Part shown: piece by piece, positions 10,177 through 19,826 of the stretch
Layout: every line of letters starts with the position of its first letter
How positions within the stretch are numbered: the first letter of the stretch is position 1
Assembly (NCBI GenBank): GCA_050951325.1
Contig: JBMNIW010000012.1
Span: 608,001 to 672,000, forward strand
Direction: 5' to 3'
Source of the DNA: Clostridia bacterium
GTDB taxonomy: Bacteria > Bacillota > Clostridia > UBA1212 > DUPL01
DNA: 64,000 bases
Position numbers and translations under genes: made by a program
Notes under the pieces: generated by a model
Database searches by the model: none
Told to the model about the DNA's origin: nothing
The model's input: only the letters and a program-made list of their open reading frames with translations

Positions 10177-12279
10177 ATGCAAAAAAAGTTTATTGCCGTA
10201 TTGTTGATACTGTTAGTATTCGCCTTTCCTTTGTTTTCATTTGCCGCCAGCAAGGTCATTGTTTCGGCGGATTTCAACACAAAGGAGAATAAAGGCTTTG
10301 TTGAAGATGCTTATTTCAAAGATGAAGCCAAATACTATTGGAGTGAAAACGAGGGAAGGGATGGTAGCGGGTGTCTTGTTGTAGAGTGTACAACGGAGAA
10401 TGATGCAAGATATGCATATACTGTAAAAGCCAAGAAAAACACCTACTACAGGATTTCTGCGTACATTAAAACCGAAAACGTTTCCTATAAGGATGAGAAC
10501 GCAAAAGGCGCAAACCTTTCTATAAAGGATCTGTTTGATGTACATGGCAACATATTTGGAACCCAGGATTGGACATATGTGGAGTTTTACGGTCTAACTG
10601 GTTCCTCCCAGACTTCATTTACTGTTTTTCTGCGCCTGGGCGGCTATGGGGGAACCAATACCGGAAAGGCCTATTTTGATGACTTCAAGGTAGAGGAGCT
10701 GGATTCCCTGCCTGTGGGTGCGGAGGTAACAGCTCTTTACAAGGAGTCTTCTGCAAATAACGATTTTCCGCCCATGTACACGGACCCCATGAGGGTGGCT
10801 GGTTTGCTCACCTTTTTCAGCGCTATAGTTTTCATTATTTACTACAGATACGTAACCCGGCATAAAGATGCGGTGCAGGAAGGGCTCTCCACACTGCAAA
10901 AAGTGGTGCTGCTGCTCTTCATTGGTCTTTTCTTGAGACTTATCCTCTCTATAACTGCACCACAGTGCTCCATAGATGTAAATCTTTTTTCCTATTGGGC
11001 AACGAATGCTGCGAAACACAATTTTAACATATATAACCAGGTGGATGGAATAGATTATCCTCCCGGGTATATGACAATCCTTATGCTGGTTGGAAAGATA
11101 ATGAACCTTTTTAATGCTTATGGAACGCTTCTGGGTAGAATGCTTATAAAAATGCCTGCCATTTTATGTGATATTGCTATAGCGTACATTATATACAAGC
11201 TGGCTGTTAAGAAACTGAGCAGCAAATGGACCATTTTCTTGGTTTGTGCGTGGTTGTTCAATCCTGTTGTCCTTATTGACTCGGCAGCCTGGGGGCAGGT
11301 TGACTCAGTGCTGACATTGGCGATGGTGTTGTGCATTTATTACATTACACAGGAAAAGTATGCGACGGCAGGAGTATGGCTTGCGGTGGCTGTTATGTTG
11401 AAGCCTCAGGCACTGTTCATTTCCCCAATACTGTTTTACGCACTGGTAAAACATTTTACTGTTTCAAAAGAACCGATTGTAGACAAGTTGTTGCATTTTG
11501 TCAAAACGTTGTGTGCGTTTTTGGTGACTTTTCTTTTGATTGCTCTTCCTTACTGGGTAAACATGAAGTCAATATGGCTATATGAACTGTTTCTCGGAAC
11601 AGCAGATCATTATGACTACATTACGGTAAACGCGCTTAACTACCACTTCCTTAAAGGAAACAATTGGGTTAGAGATAGCACTCCGTCTGTTTTTGGATGG
11701 TCACTGTTTGCCTGGGGCATGTTGGCAATTGTTGCTGCTTCCGTGATAACCTGGGTGGTGTACCAGATTAACAAGAAGGAAAAGTCTGTTCCATATCTTA
11801 TGTCCGCAGTACTTATATACCTTGTGGTCAACTTCGGGCCTAGAATGCACGAAAGATACTTTTTCCCGCTTATTGCGCTCATGTTGATTGCGTTGATATA
11901 TATAAACAACAAATGGTTGCTTTATCTGTTTGCGGTTACCTCCGGAGTAAATTTCCTTATTGTGATGGAAATCATGACGGATCTGACAGTAGGAGGATCT
12001 GGTGGTAAATACAGACATTTCAACTGGCCACACGTGACAACGTTCAGAGGGACATTGGCGTTTATTAACGTGACGTGTTCGGTATTGCTGCTTGTCTTTG
12101 CAGTCATGCATACCATGAAATTATTCAAAGGTGATAGTCATTTGTTGTGGAAAGATAAAACGGAAGAGATGATTGTGCCTGTCAGTGGTGGATTTATTGA
12201 TAGAATAAAAAATAAGATGGCACGATTCAAGAGAAGCGATATTCAAGAGTGGAGTGTGGACAATGAAAAGAAGAATTAG
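10177..12279 (+). CDS. GT-C fold polyprenyl-phosphate-sugar glycosyltransferase with N-terminal CBM4/9-like domain
   Basis: RBS aggagg; signal peptide; beta-sandwich ending AYFDDFKVE; DYPPGY, DSAAWGQVDS, LKPQ, RMHERY; many TMs. Confidence 0.8.
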   Translation: MQKKFIAVLLILLVFAFPLFSFAASKVIVSADFNTKENKGFVEDAYFKDEAKYYWSENEGRDGSGCLVVECTTENDARYAYTVKAKKNTYYRISAYIKTENVSYKDENAKGANLSIKDLFDVHGNIFGTQDWTYVEFYGLTGSSQTSFTVFLRLGGYGGTNTGKAYFDDFKVEELDSLPVGAEVTALYKESSANNDFPPMYTDPMRVAGLLTFFSAIVFIIYYRYVTRHKDAVQEGLSTLQKVVLLLFIGLFLRLILSITAPQCSIDVNLFSYWATNAAKHNFNIYNQVDGIDYPPGYMTILMLVGKIMNLFNAYGTLLGRMLIKMPAILCDIAIAYIIYKLAVKKLSSKWTIFLVCAWLFNPVVLIDSAAWGQVDSVLTLAMVLCIYYITQEKYATAGVWLAVAVMLKPQALFISPILFYALVKHFTVSKEPIVDKLLHFVKTLCAFLVTFLLIALPYWVNMKSIWLYELFLGTADHYDYITVNALNYHFLKGNNWVRDSTPSVFGWSLFAWGMLAIVAASVITWVVYQINKKEKSVPYLMSAVLIYLVVNFGPRMHERYFFPLIALMLIALIYINNKWLLYLFAVTSGVNFLIVMEIMTDLTVGGSGGKYRHFNWPHVTTFRGTLAFINVTCSVLLLVFAVMHTMKLFKGDSHLLWKDKTEEMIVPVSGGFIDRIKNKMARFKRSDIQEWSVDNEKKN

Positions 12280-14749
12280 TAGGATTGTTACTTTTGTCGC
12301 AATTTGTTTGTTTGCAATCATATATCTTGCAGGATGTGCAAAAACTGTTAACCTTAAGCACACCGGTTTTGAAGAGGGCAGCAAGGACTCCATAAAGGGC
12401 TGGATTTTGTACGATTATCATGAACTGCATGGTGATCCTTTGAGAACCATATTTGACATTGTTCCTGGTGGAGTTTCAGGCAACTGCCTCAAGATTGAGA
12501 GTAAAAACCTCAATGATGCCAGAGTGTATCAGGAGATCAAGGTAAAGAGAAATACCACATACAAGATAACCGTATATGTCAAGACGGAGAATGTTGAGGA
12601 AGGAGCAGGTGTCAACATATCCGCCATTGATTGCGCCGATGTTCCAACAGAAAGTGTTTTTGGAACAAACTCTGAATGGCAGGAACTTACGGTTTATGCC
12701 AAAACAGGACCCAAGCAGAGGAGTTTGCAGCTCAGCCTTGGATTGGGCGGTTATGGGTCGGAGTCTTCTGGTGTAGCATACTTTGATAATGTTTCCGTTG
12801 AGGTTGCTAAAAAGGTTCCTCAAGGAGCAAGAGTGTTGAATGTGGAGCCGAGAAAGTCAAGTGATGATAAAGATGGCAAAACCAAACATGAAACATTAAT
12901 GCAATTTTTGTTTATAACCGCACTGGCAAGCCTTTTGATTTACATTGTAGCATTGTGTCTCAAGAGCGATAAGGAGAATTTTACAAATAAAGAAGCTTTG
13001 TCGTATGAAATAACCAGACCGGGCAAGAGAGACTGGATTATTATTGGAGTTATGACCTTGGTTTGTGCTTTGTTTTCATACTACAAACTGGGCGATATGA
13101 AAGCTGCGTCAAATTACTGGAAGGCAACAGAGGCCGGAGAGTATGTTATTGTAGAATTTGATTCTGTCAAAAATGTCAGGAGAATTGCATATTCCTGCAA
13201 CATACCTGCCACAGCTTCTTACAGGGTTTTGTATGAGGATGAGAATGGAGAGTTCAAACAGACATCGACATTGACTCAAAAGGCTTTCTTTGAGTGGGAG
13301 GTTTTCAAAACCAACTTTACAACAAAAAGAGTCAAGATAGAAGCAAGAAGCACAGGGCTTGGAATAAATGAGGTTGGCTTCTTTGAAACTGATGAAGATG
13401 GCAATCTTAAACAGATACCAGTCAAGGTGGTTGAGCAAAAGTATACGGAAGTTGAAGGCTATGGCAAGCCTGAGTATCTGTTTGACGAACAGGATACTGT
13501 ACCTGTTGCAAGAACATACATGAATGGAACATATTTCGACGAAGTTTATTTCCCAAGAACCGCTTATGAGCATATTCATGGATTGAAGATTTACGAAACC
13601 ACACATCCACCCATGGGCAAGAACTTTATTGCGCTAGGGATAAAGATTTTTGGCATGAATCCTTTTGGATGGAGATTCATGGGAACGCTTGCAGGCGTGC
13701 TTTTAGTTCCAATTATGTATCTGTTTGCACTTAAACTGTTTAAAAAGAGATTCTACGCATTTATTGCAGCTTTCCTTATGATGTTTGACTTCATGAGGCT
13801 GGCTCAGACAAGACTTGCGACAATAGACTCGTACTCGTGTTTGTTTGTACTACTAATGTACTACTTTATGTACGACTACTTTGTCGTAAAATCCTACGAT
13901 TTGACCTTTAGAAGGTCGTTAAGGCCGTTAATCTTCGCAGGTCTTGCCTTTGGTTTAGGAGCTGCAGCAAAGTGGACATCTCTCTATGCAGGTGCGGGAC
14001 TTGCCCTACTGTTCTTCTTGGCAAAATATGCGGAGGCGGAGGACTATATAGCAAAGAGAACATCATCCCCGGATAATACAAAGACCTGGTGGTTAAAAAA
14101 CAACTTCCTGCCAACATGCCTTGCCTGCGTTGTGCTGTTTGTAGTAATTCCTGGAATAATATATGTTCTATCATACATCCCATATATTCCATCTAGTGGT
14201 GGAAAGGGACTTTGGGATATCGTGATTGACAACCAGAAACACATGTATAAATATCATGCAAACCTGAATGCAAAACATAGCTTTGGTTCTCCATGGTGGT
14301 CATGGCCGATAATGGTGAGACCCATCTGGTATTTTATAAAAGATGGTTCATCGCCTATGAGAAGCACTATTGTTTCATTTGGCAACCCGGCCATCTGGTG
14401 GGTTGGCATAGTGGCAATTGGATATACTGCTTTTATGGCATGGAAGAAGAGGGACAAATACATGATTCCTGTCATAGTGGGTTATGGTCTTCAGTACTTC
14501 CCGTGGATACTGGTAACCAGAGTTGCCTTCATTTATCACTACTTCACAGCAGTACCTTTCATGATTCTTATGATTGTGTATGCAATCAAGAACCTGCTTG
14601 AAGATGGAATAATAAAGAAGTCTACTGTATGGTTGTATCTGGGAGTTGTACTTGTTTTGTTTGTCATGTATTACCCAGTACTAACAGGTCTTGAGGTCAA
14701 GAGAAGTTTTGTTGACATGTTGAAAATATTCTCAACCTGGGTATTTTAG
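12263..14749 (+). CDS. Protein O-mannosyltransferase-like (PMT/GT39) with CBM4/9-like and discoidin-like extracellular domains
   Basis: YFDEVYFPRTA, ETTHPPMGK, PFGWRF, TRLATID, KW, H..SPWWSWP, GNPAIWW, FIYHY are PMT-family motifs; N-terminal LAGC lipobox. Confidence 0.88.
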   Translation: MKRRISRIVTFVAICLFAIIYLAGCAKTVNLKHTGFEEGSKDSIKGWILYDYHELHGDPLRTIFDIVPGGVSGNCLKIESKNLNDARVYQEIKVKRNTTYKITVYVKTENVEEGAGVNISAIDCADVPTESVFGTNSEWQELTVYAKTGPKQRSLQLSLGLGGYGSESSGVAYFDNVSVEVAKKVPQGARVLNVEPRKSSDDKDGKTKHETLMQFLFITALASLLIYIVALCLKSDKENFTNKEALSYEITRPGKRDWIIIGVMTLVCALFSYYKLGDMKAASNYWKATEAGEYVIVEFDSVKNVRRIAYSCNIPATASYRVLYEDENGEFKQTSTLTQKAFFEWEVFKTNFTTKRVKIEARSTGLGINEVGFFETDEDGNLKQIPVKVVEQKYTEVEGYGKPEYLFDEQDTVPVARTYMNGTYFDEVYFPRTAYEHIHGLKIYETTHPPMGKNFIALGIKIFGMNPFGWRFMGTLAGVLLVPIMYLFALKLFKKRFYAFIAAFLMMFDFMRLAQTRLATIDSYSCLFVLLMYYFMYDYFVVKSYDLTFRRSLRPLIFAGLAFGLGAAAKWTSLYAGAGLALLFFLAKYAEAEDYIAKRTSSPDNTKTWWLKNNFLPTCLACVVLFVVIPGIIYVLSYIPYIPSSGGKGLWDIVIDNQKHMYKYHANLNAKHSFGSPWWSWPIMVRPIWYFIKDGSSPMRSTIVSFGNPAIWWVGIVAIGYTAFMAWKKRDKYMIPVIVGYGLQYFPWILVTRVAFIYHYFTAVPFMILMIVYAIKNLLEDGIIKKSTVWLYLGVVLVLFVMYYPVLTGLEVKRSFVDMLKIFSTWVF

Positions 14750-14779
14750 ATAAAAAATATAAATGAAAGGGTTAGTTAA

Positions 14780-15745
14780 ATGGAAAAGATAGTTTGTTCA
14801 GTGGTTGTGCCTGTGTACAATGAAGAAGAAGTAATTAATGTAACATACAAACGGCTGAAGGACGTCATGGACGGTCTTGATATTACCTACGAAATTATAT
14901 TTGTCAATGACGGCAGCCGTGATAGAACAAGAGAACTTGCAATGGAAATCTGTAAAAACGACAAGAATATCAAGTTTATAGATTTCTCAAGGAACTTTGG
15001 ACACCAGACTGCAATAACTGCGGGAATGGACTATGCATCCGGCGATGCAGTGGTCGTTATTGATGCTGACCTTCAGGATCCGCCGGAAGTTATTCCTGAA
15101 ATGCTGGAAAAATGGAGAGAAGGATATGATGTAGTTTACGGACAGAGAGTTAAGAGGCAAGGGGAAACCTTTTTCAAGAAGGTTACAGCAAAGATTTTCT
15201 ACCGCACATTAAACAGGTTGACGGATGTGGAAATACCAGTTGATACAGGCGACTTTAGACTTATTGATAGAAAGGTATGCGATGCACTTAAAAAAGTGGA
15301 TGAAAAGAACAGGTACATCAGGGGAATTATCAGCTGGTTGGGCTTCAAGAGCATAGCTGTGCCATTTGTTAGAGAGAAAAGGTTTGCAGGAACAACCAAG
15401 TATCCACTCAAGAAAATGCTCAAGTTTGCAAGCGATGCAATAATATCCTTTTCTCACAAGCCCTTGAAACTAGCAACATATTTTGGATTCTTTTTATCCT
15501 TTGCAAGCTTTGCATACCTGATAGTCACGATAATTTTGAAAGTATTCAGTATTATCCAGACCGTACCGGGTTGGGCATCAATAGTTGCCATAAATCTGTT
15601 CTTCAACGGTATAATCCTGTTAATTCTAGGAATCATTGGAGAGTATATTGGCAGGATTTACGATGAGGCAAAAAACAGGCCGCTTTATGTTATACGCGAA
15701 CTAGTCAATTTTGACGAATCTAAAACCATAAACGGAGAAAGATAA
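14780..15745 (+). CDS. GT2 polyprenyl-phosphate glycosyltransferase (GtrB/DPM-like)
   Basis: VVPVYNEE, NDGSRD, SRNFGHQ, DADLQDPP, GDFRL, two C-terminal TMs, GEYIGRIY. Confidence 0.93.
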   Translation: MEKIVCSVVVPVYNEEEVINVTYKRLKDVMDGLDITYEIIFVNDGSRDRTRELAMEICKNDKNIKFIDFSRNFGHQTAITAGMDYASGDAVVVIDADLQDPPEVIPEMLEKWREGYDVVYGQRVKRQGETFFKKVTAKIFYRTLNRLTDVEIPVDTGDFRLIDRKVCDALKKVDEKNRYIRGIISWLGFKSIAVPFVREKRFAGTTKYPLKKMLKFASDAIISFSHKPLKLATYFGFFLSFASFAYLIVTIILKVFSIIQTVPGWASIVAINLFFNGIILLILGIIGEYIGRIYDEAKNRPLYVIRELVNFDESKTINGER

Positions 15746-15764
15746 TTACCTTCAAAAATTTCTT

Positions 15765-15797
15765 AAAAGGTTCCTTTCATAAAAAGGAACCTTTTTT
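15765..15797 (+). terminator. Intrinsic terminator
   Basis: aaaaggttccttt-cataa-aaaggaacctttttt. Confidence 0.85.
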
Positions 15798-15912
15798 CGT
15801 TTGCTTGCTGGCTTTGTATGTATCTTTGTTTACTCGGACCAATTATTTGCAAGAATATGTTTTTTTCTATCGGGAAGAATAAGGATGTCAAATTCATAAA
15901 GGAGAAGGCATT

Positions 15913-16179
15913 ATGGAACTAAACAGTATAAATTACAAAGGGAAAAATTTCAGATTGGTTAGTGATGTCAAATCTGATGATGGCGATACATCAATGTACA
16001 AGGCAAAAGCTGTTGATGACACAGGCAATGCCTATGAAATCTATTGGGAAACTACTGATGAATGGGAAGATGCTCTTTTGGACGGACTGGTTGAGCCTGA
16101 ATATGATTTTAGTCAGGCTTGCGACTGGCAAAACCCTTTAATGGTAAAGAGGATTCAACAAGAAAAATATATTCAATAG
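15913..16179 (+). CDS. Small acidic hypothetical protein (88 aa)
   Basis: RBS aaggag, own terminator downstream, D/E-rich sequence. Confidence 0.8.
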   Translation: MELNSINYKGKNFRLVSDVKSDDGDTSMYKAKAVDDTGNAYEIYWETTDEWEDALLDGLVEPEYDFSQACDWQNPLMVKRIQQEKYIQ

Positions 16180-16211
16180 CAAGAAGGCAAGTCTTATGAC
16201 TTGCCTTCTTG
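16180..16211. terminator. Hairpin between convergent genes
   Basis: caagaaggcaagtc-ttat-gacttgccttcttg, perfect 14-bp stem. Confidence 0.8.
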
Positions 16212-16238
16212 GTTTGCTATGTACAAAAAGGCCAGGAA

Positions 16239-16757
16239 TTATATTATCCTTTCCTCCTTAAGCTTGGAAACAGTTTGCTTGGCAAGAGTGTTGACTTCCT
16301 GCTCGTTTAAGCGATATTTACTGATGGTTTGGGGAGTAGGCTTTGGTTCGGGTGGTAGAAGGTCTGCAATATGCAGTTCAATTACTTTTGTCGCCTCATA
16401 GCCTGTTATGTGTTTGAGTTTACTGGGTAATTCCGGGTTAGCATATCCACTTAAGGATATGTATGCATATTTTTGAGGATGTTTCTTTAACTCATTAAAG
16501 TATGGCCTTAAAGGAAATGCGGGTTGCCCCATCCATACTGGTGCGACAAATATAATTAAATCATAATCAGACATAACTTGTGGACTTGGCTCTGTCTGTG
16601 GTGTCCTGTGTAAAACAAAGTCTGCTATTATAGTACCGATGGTTCGTTTCTTATTCTCGGTTATGCATATATGTTCCATGTTTAACTTTTCGGCAATACT
16701 TTTAGCAAAAATCTCGTTATTGCCTGTGTAGGAATAGGACATAATTAATAACTTCAT
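16239..16757 (-). CDS. Flavodoxin-like protein
   Basis: YSYTGNNE FMN-phosphate loop; YDLIIFVAPVW. Confidence 0.8.
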   Translation of the reverse strand: MKLLIMSYSYTGNNEIFAKSIAEKLNMEHICITENKKRTIGTIIADFVLHRTPQTEPSPQVMSDYDLIIFVAPVWMGQPAFPLRPYFNELKKHPQKYAYISLSGYANPELPSKLKHITGYEATKVIELHIADLLPPEPKPTPQTISKYRLNEQEVNTLAKQTVSKLKEERII

Positions 16758-16786
16758 AAATACACACTCCTGTTTAGAAAAAATAT

Positions 16787-17827
16787 TTATAATGTGAAGC
16801 TATCCCAAGGAATATTTACCGCCTTTTTCTCAGTAAGTATTTCATCAATGTGTAACAGCAGCGGAAATTCCTCTTTCTTTAAAATTCCTTTCTCAATATT
16901 CAACTTTACTACCCTTGCAACTCTTTCAGATATGACCAATGATTCCAATGTCACTCCATCTAATTCTGCCTTGGCTTCGTCAATATCAAGTCCTCTTCCG
17001 AGTAAAATGCCGATCATTCTTGTACGTCCACCGTAAACAGTAACATATAAATCGCCCACACCTACACACAAATTGTCCAAAGTCAAGGCATTCTGAAATT
17101 CCAGCAAACGATACATTTCCTTTACTGCATGACCAAAGACTGCCGCCTGTGAATTAAAATGTATTTCACTGTCCAAACCAAACACCCTCTGATTCAATCC
17201 GATTGTTAATGCAATTCCCAAAGCGTATGCATTTTTTAGGGCAACTGCACTCTCGATGCCAGTTATATCCGTTGAAAGACGAATGTGGTAATAGTCTGTC
17301 TGCAATACTTCCTTTAAATACTTAAGGTCGGCCATGTTTTCTCCACAAAAAGCAACTACTGTCTGATCTTGTGCTACCAGCTCATAACTGGTACATGGTC
17401 CACCAATCGCATTTAAAGAAACATTCTTGCCAAGTTCGTTCAGTTTATCCTTCCAAAAATCAAGATATGTTATCAGTTTGCCATCAGGGCTATCTATAAG
17501 ACCCTTTGTTACAGCAAGCATTTTCACATTCTCTGGCAAAACTGGCAGTACTTTTTCTGCAAACCACGTCACTCCAAAACTACTCACGCCGCAGATAACA
17601 ACATCAGTTCCCAAAAGGGCACTTTCCAGCTCTTCTATCTGATAAAAGTCAATTCCTTCAGGAAACTCTTTGTTAAATTTTGGATGTTTGTTTTCTATCT
17701 TGCAGCGGTTGATAATTTCTCTATCGAGATGTGTTCCAACAATTCTTACCTCATTGCCATTCTCCCTTGCAGGGAACGCAAGTGCAGAACCCATCATGCC
17801 AGAACCTACTATTGTTACTAATGCCAT
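16787..17827 (-). CDS. NAD(P)-dependent glycerol-3-phosphate dehydrogenase family protein (GpsA-like, divergent)
   Basis: GSGMMG Rossmann motif, TKGL, GGP, ALKN, GVGDLYVT..GGR. Confidence 0.85.
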   Translation of the reverse strand: MALVTIVGSGMMGSALAFPARENGNEVRIVGTHLDREIINRCKIENKHPKFNKEFPEGIDFYQIEELESALLGTDVVICGVSSFGVTWFAEKVLPVLPENVKMLAVTKGLIDSPDGKLITYLDFWKDKLNELGKNVSLNAIGGPCTSYELVAQDQTVVAFCGENMADLKYLKEVLQTDYYHIRLSTDITGIESAVALKNAYALGIALTIGLNQRVFGLDSEIHFNSQAAVFGHAVKEMYRLLEFQNALTLDNLCVGVGDLYVTVYGGRTRMIGILLGRGLDIDEAKAELDGVTLESLVISERVARVVKLNIEKGILKKEEFPLLLHIDEILTEKKAVNIPWDSFTL

Positions 17828-17898
17828 TTCATCACCATCTAATTTATATTTTACAAATATTGTAGAATCAGCTGAAAACTATGTCAATAAAGTTATAT

Positions 17899-18732
17899 TC
17901 ATTTTGACACTTCTTCAAAATGAACGACATATACCACACCACAGCCGTTTTTCCAGTCATTACCCATGATGTATGTTTTACCTTTAACTATATTAATATT
18001 TTCAGGTTCAACTCCGTCAGGCACATCCAAAGGTATGGCCCAAACCAAATTGCAATCAAAGTCGTAAACGCGTATTTCTGCTTGGTATCCGTTTTGCGAG
18101 GACCTTACAAAGTAGATATACTCATCGTCGCAATAAACTCCTTGGGAAAGGCTTCCCGGTGCCTCTACCGATACGGATTTTACAAGATTCAGATCCCCAT
18201 CCCATATATCCAGAGTTTCTCCTGCCCATTCACCGGAAGCATACATGTCTCTGCCTTCACTGTATGCCATGGCAAAGAAAGGTTTGGGCAGATCCGCAGT
18301 TTCAATAATTTCAAAGGTGTCTGGATCAACAAAGGAATATCTGTAATAATGATCATCGGGGGACTGACAGTGAGATACAAGAAACATTTTCTTCTTTGAG
18401 TTGTATGTAATATTGTTTGCATGATCCAATTCCAGAATGTCACTTACCTTGATTATCTTACCCTTCTTGTCAAGAACGTGAATTTTAGTAAGTTCATATC
18501 CTTGCGAATCTTTTTTAATCATGGCTACATAGAATTTCTCGCCGTCGAAATATCCGCCCTGCATTATATAGTAGCCTGGATCTTCAGGGATAAAGATAAA
18601 GAGTTTTTCTACTGTCGCTCTGTACTCTTGGTCTTTAGAAAGCTTTTGTATTCCCAGCTCTTTACTGCAGCCAACTGTAATAATCGAAAAGAAGCCTAGA
18701 AGTACAGCTGTCATAACTTTTATAGTTTTCAT
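17899..18732 (-). CDS. Lipoprotein, probable beta-propeller
   Basis: RBS aggagtg; lipobox-like TVGC; repeated blade motifs QGGYFDGEKFY / QGVYCDDEYIY, HAN, EPENI. Confidence 0.7.
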   Translation of the reverse strand: MKTIKVMTAVLLGFFSIITVGCSKELGIQKLSKDQEYRATVEKLFIFIPEDPGYYIMQGGYFDGEKFYVAMIKKDSQGYELTKIHVLDKKGKIIKVSDILELDHANNITYNSKKKMFLVSHCQSPDDHYYRYSFVDPDTFEIIETADLPKPFFAMAYSEGRDMYASGEWAGETLDIWDGDLNLVKSVSVEAPGSLSQGVYCDDEYIYFVRSSQNGYQAEIRVYDFDCNLVWAIPLDVPDGVEPENINIVKGKTYIMGNDWKNGCGVVYVVHFEEVSK

Positions 18733-18804
18733 AGTAAAAATCACTCCTGAACCAAACTGCATGTCAATTTTATCACATGTTCATGTGTATTACTATTAAA
18801 GAAT

Positions 18805-18833
18805 AAAAAAAAAGGCCATATAAAATTGGCCTT
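18805..18833 (-). terminator. Terminator downstream of tRNA
   Basis: aaggcca...tggcctt stem with an A-run on + (U-tract on -). Confidence 0.7.
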
Positions 18834-18838
18834 CTTCC

Positions 18839-18914
18839 TGGTGCACCTTCAGGGACTCGAACCCGGGACCCACTGATTAAGAGTCAGTTGCTCTACCATC
18901 TGAGCTAAAGGTGC
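18839..18914 (-). tRNA. tRNA-Lys (anticodon CTT)
   Basis: Reverse complement GCACCTT TAGCTCAGATGGTAGAGCA ACTGACT-CTT-AATCAGT GGGTC CCGGGTTCGAGTCCCTG AAGGTGC A CCA; 76 nt with encoded CCA. Confidence 0.97.
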
Positions 18915-18939
18915 ATGTGCTGTTCAAACAGCAAAATAA

Positions 18940-18968
18940 ATTATACACCTAAAATAAGCTTGTGTCAA
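18940..18968 (-). promoter_or_regulatory. SigA promoter of tRNA-Lys
   Basis: TTGACA-17-TATAAT on the minus strand. Confidence 0.85.
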
Positions 18969-19024
18969 TAACTTTTTTTAAAATGCTGTCCTTACTAGGT
19001 TGTAAATTTTCTAATACAAAAAAA

Positions 19025-19051
19025 GCAACACCATGGTTACCATGGTGTTGC
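19025..19051 (-). terminator. Terminator of ABC operon
   Basis: gcaacaccatgg-tta-ccatggtgttgc preceded by an A-run. Confidence 0.8.
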
Positions 19052-19070
19052 ATCTGGATTGTCTGTAGGT

Positions 19071-19826
19071 TTACAGTTCCTGTTTTTCAAAGGAGACAAT
19101 ACCAAGGACAAGAAATAATACAGTACATCCAATACATGTAAGCAGAGGGATGAGAAGATTTTCATAATTTCCGGAGAGTGCCGTAATTGAATTGTCCAAA
19201 AGCATTGCTGGTGTAAACTTGTTTACATATGGTATGGCAGCCAGAATAAATACGGCTATATATACTCCAAAACCAATCAAACAGGAGACAATAGTGTTTT
19301 TTCCAATACAACTTGCAAAAATTGCTCCGGCGGCAAACATAATACCTATAAGATAAAACAAACCAAATGATGCTATTGTATGTTTGTTTATGCTTTCGTT
19401 AATCAAAACTTTAATCATTGCAGCAAAGGCTGCAGAGGAAACAACATATACAACAGTGTACCAAATTACATATGAGATGTATTTTGCAAGAACAAAAGTT
19501 GGTCTTGATATGTTCTTGGTCAGTGTAAGAATCGCAGTCCCTTTCTTCTTTTCCCTTACAACTGCAAGGCACGTAATGAAAATTAATGCCAGAAACCCTG
19601 ATTGAAATTGATTTCCGTAGTACTGTGTATAGTATGACGCTAATGACATGTCAAACTGTTCAGCAGCACCAGGCAAACCAGACAACTCAAGGAGCTTTGG
19701 CATATAGTAGTAAAGAATAGGGGACATAAAACTGTTGACAATAAACAGGGCAAGCAATATCAATAGCTTCCATGTTTTTACGAATTCCTTCAGTTCTTTT
19801 TTCAGGAAAACAATAAAGTTATTCAT
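19071..19826 (-). CDS. ABC-2 type permease
   Basis: About 6 TMs, EKKKGT motif; overlaps the ATPase stop. Confidence 0.85.
   Translation of the reverse strand: MNNFIVFLKKELKEFVKTWKLLILLALFIVNSFMSPILYYYMPKLLELSGLPGAAEQFDMSLASYYTQYYGNQFQSGFLALIFITCLAVVREKKKGTAILTLTKNISRPTFVLAKYISYVIWYTVVYVVSSAAFAAMIKVLINESINKHTIASFGLFYLIGIMFAAGAIFASCIGKNTIVSCLIGFGVYIAVFILAAIPYVNKFTPAMLLDNSITALSGNYENLLIPLLTCIGCTVLFLVLGIVSFEKQEL

Noticed and set aside
15800-18914. tRNA-integrated island or prophage remnant
   Set aside because: No integrase and no duplicate of the tRNA 3' end found by eye.
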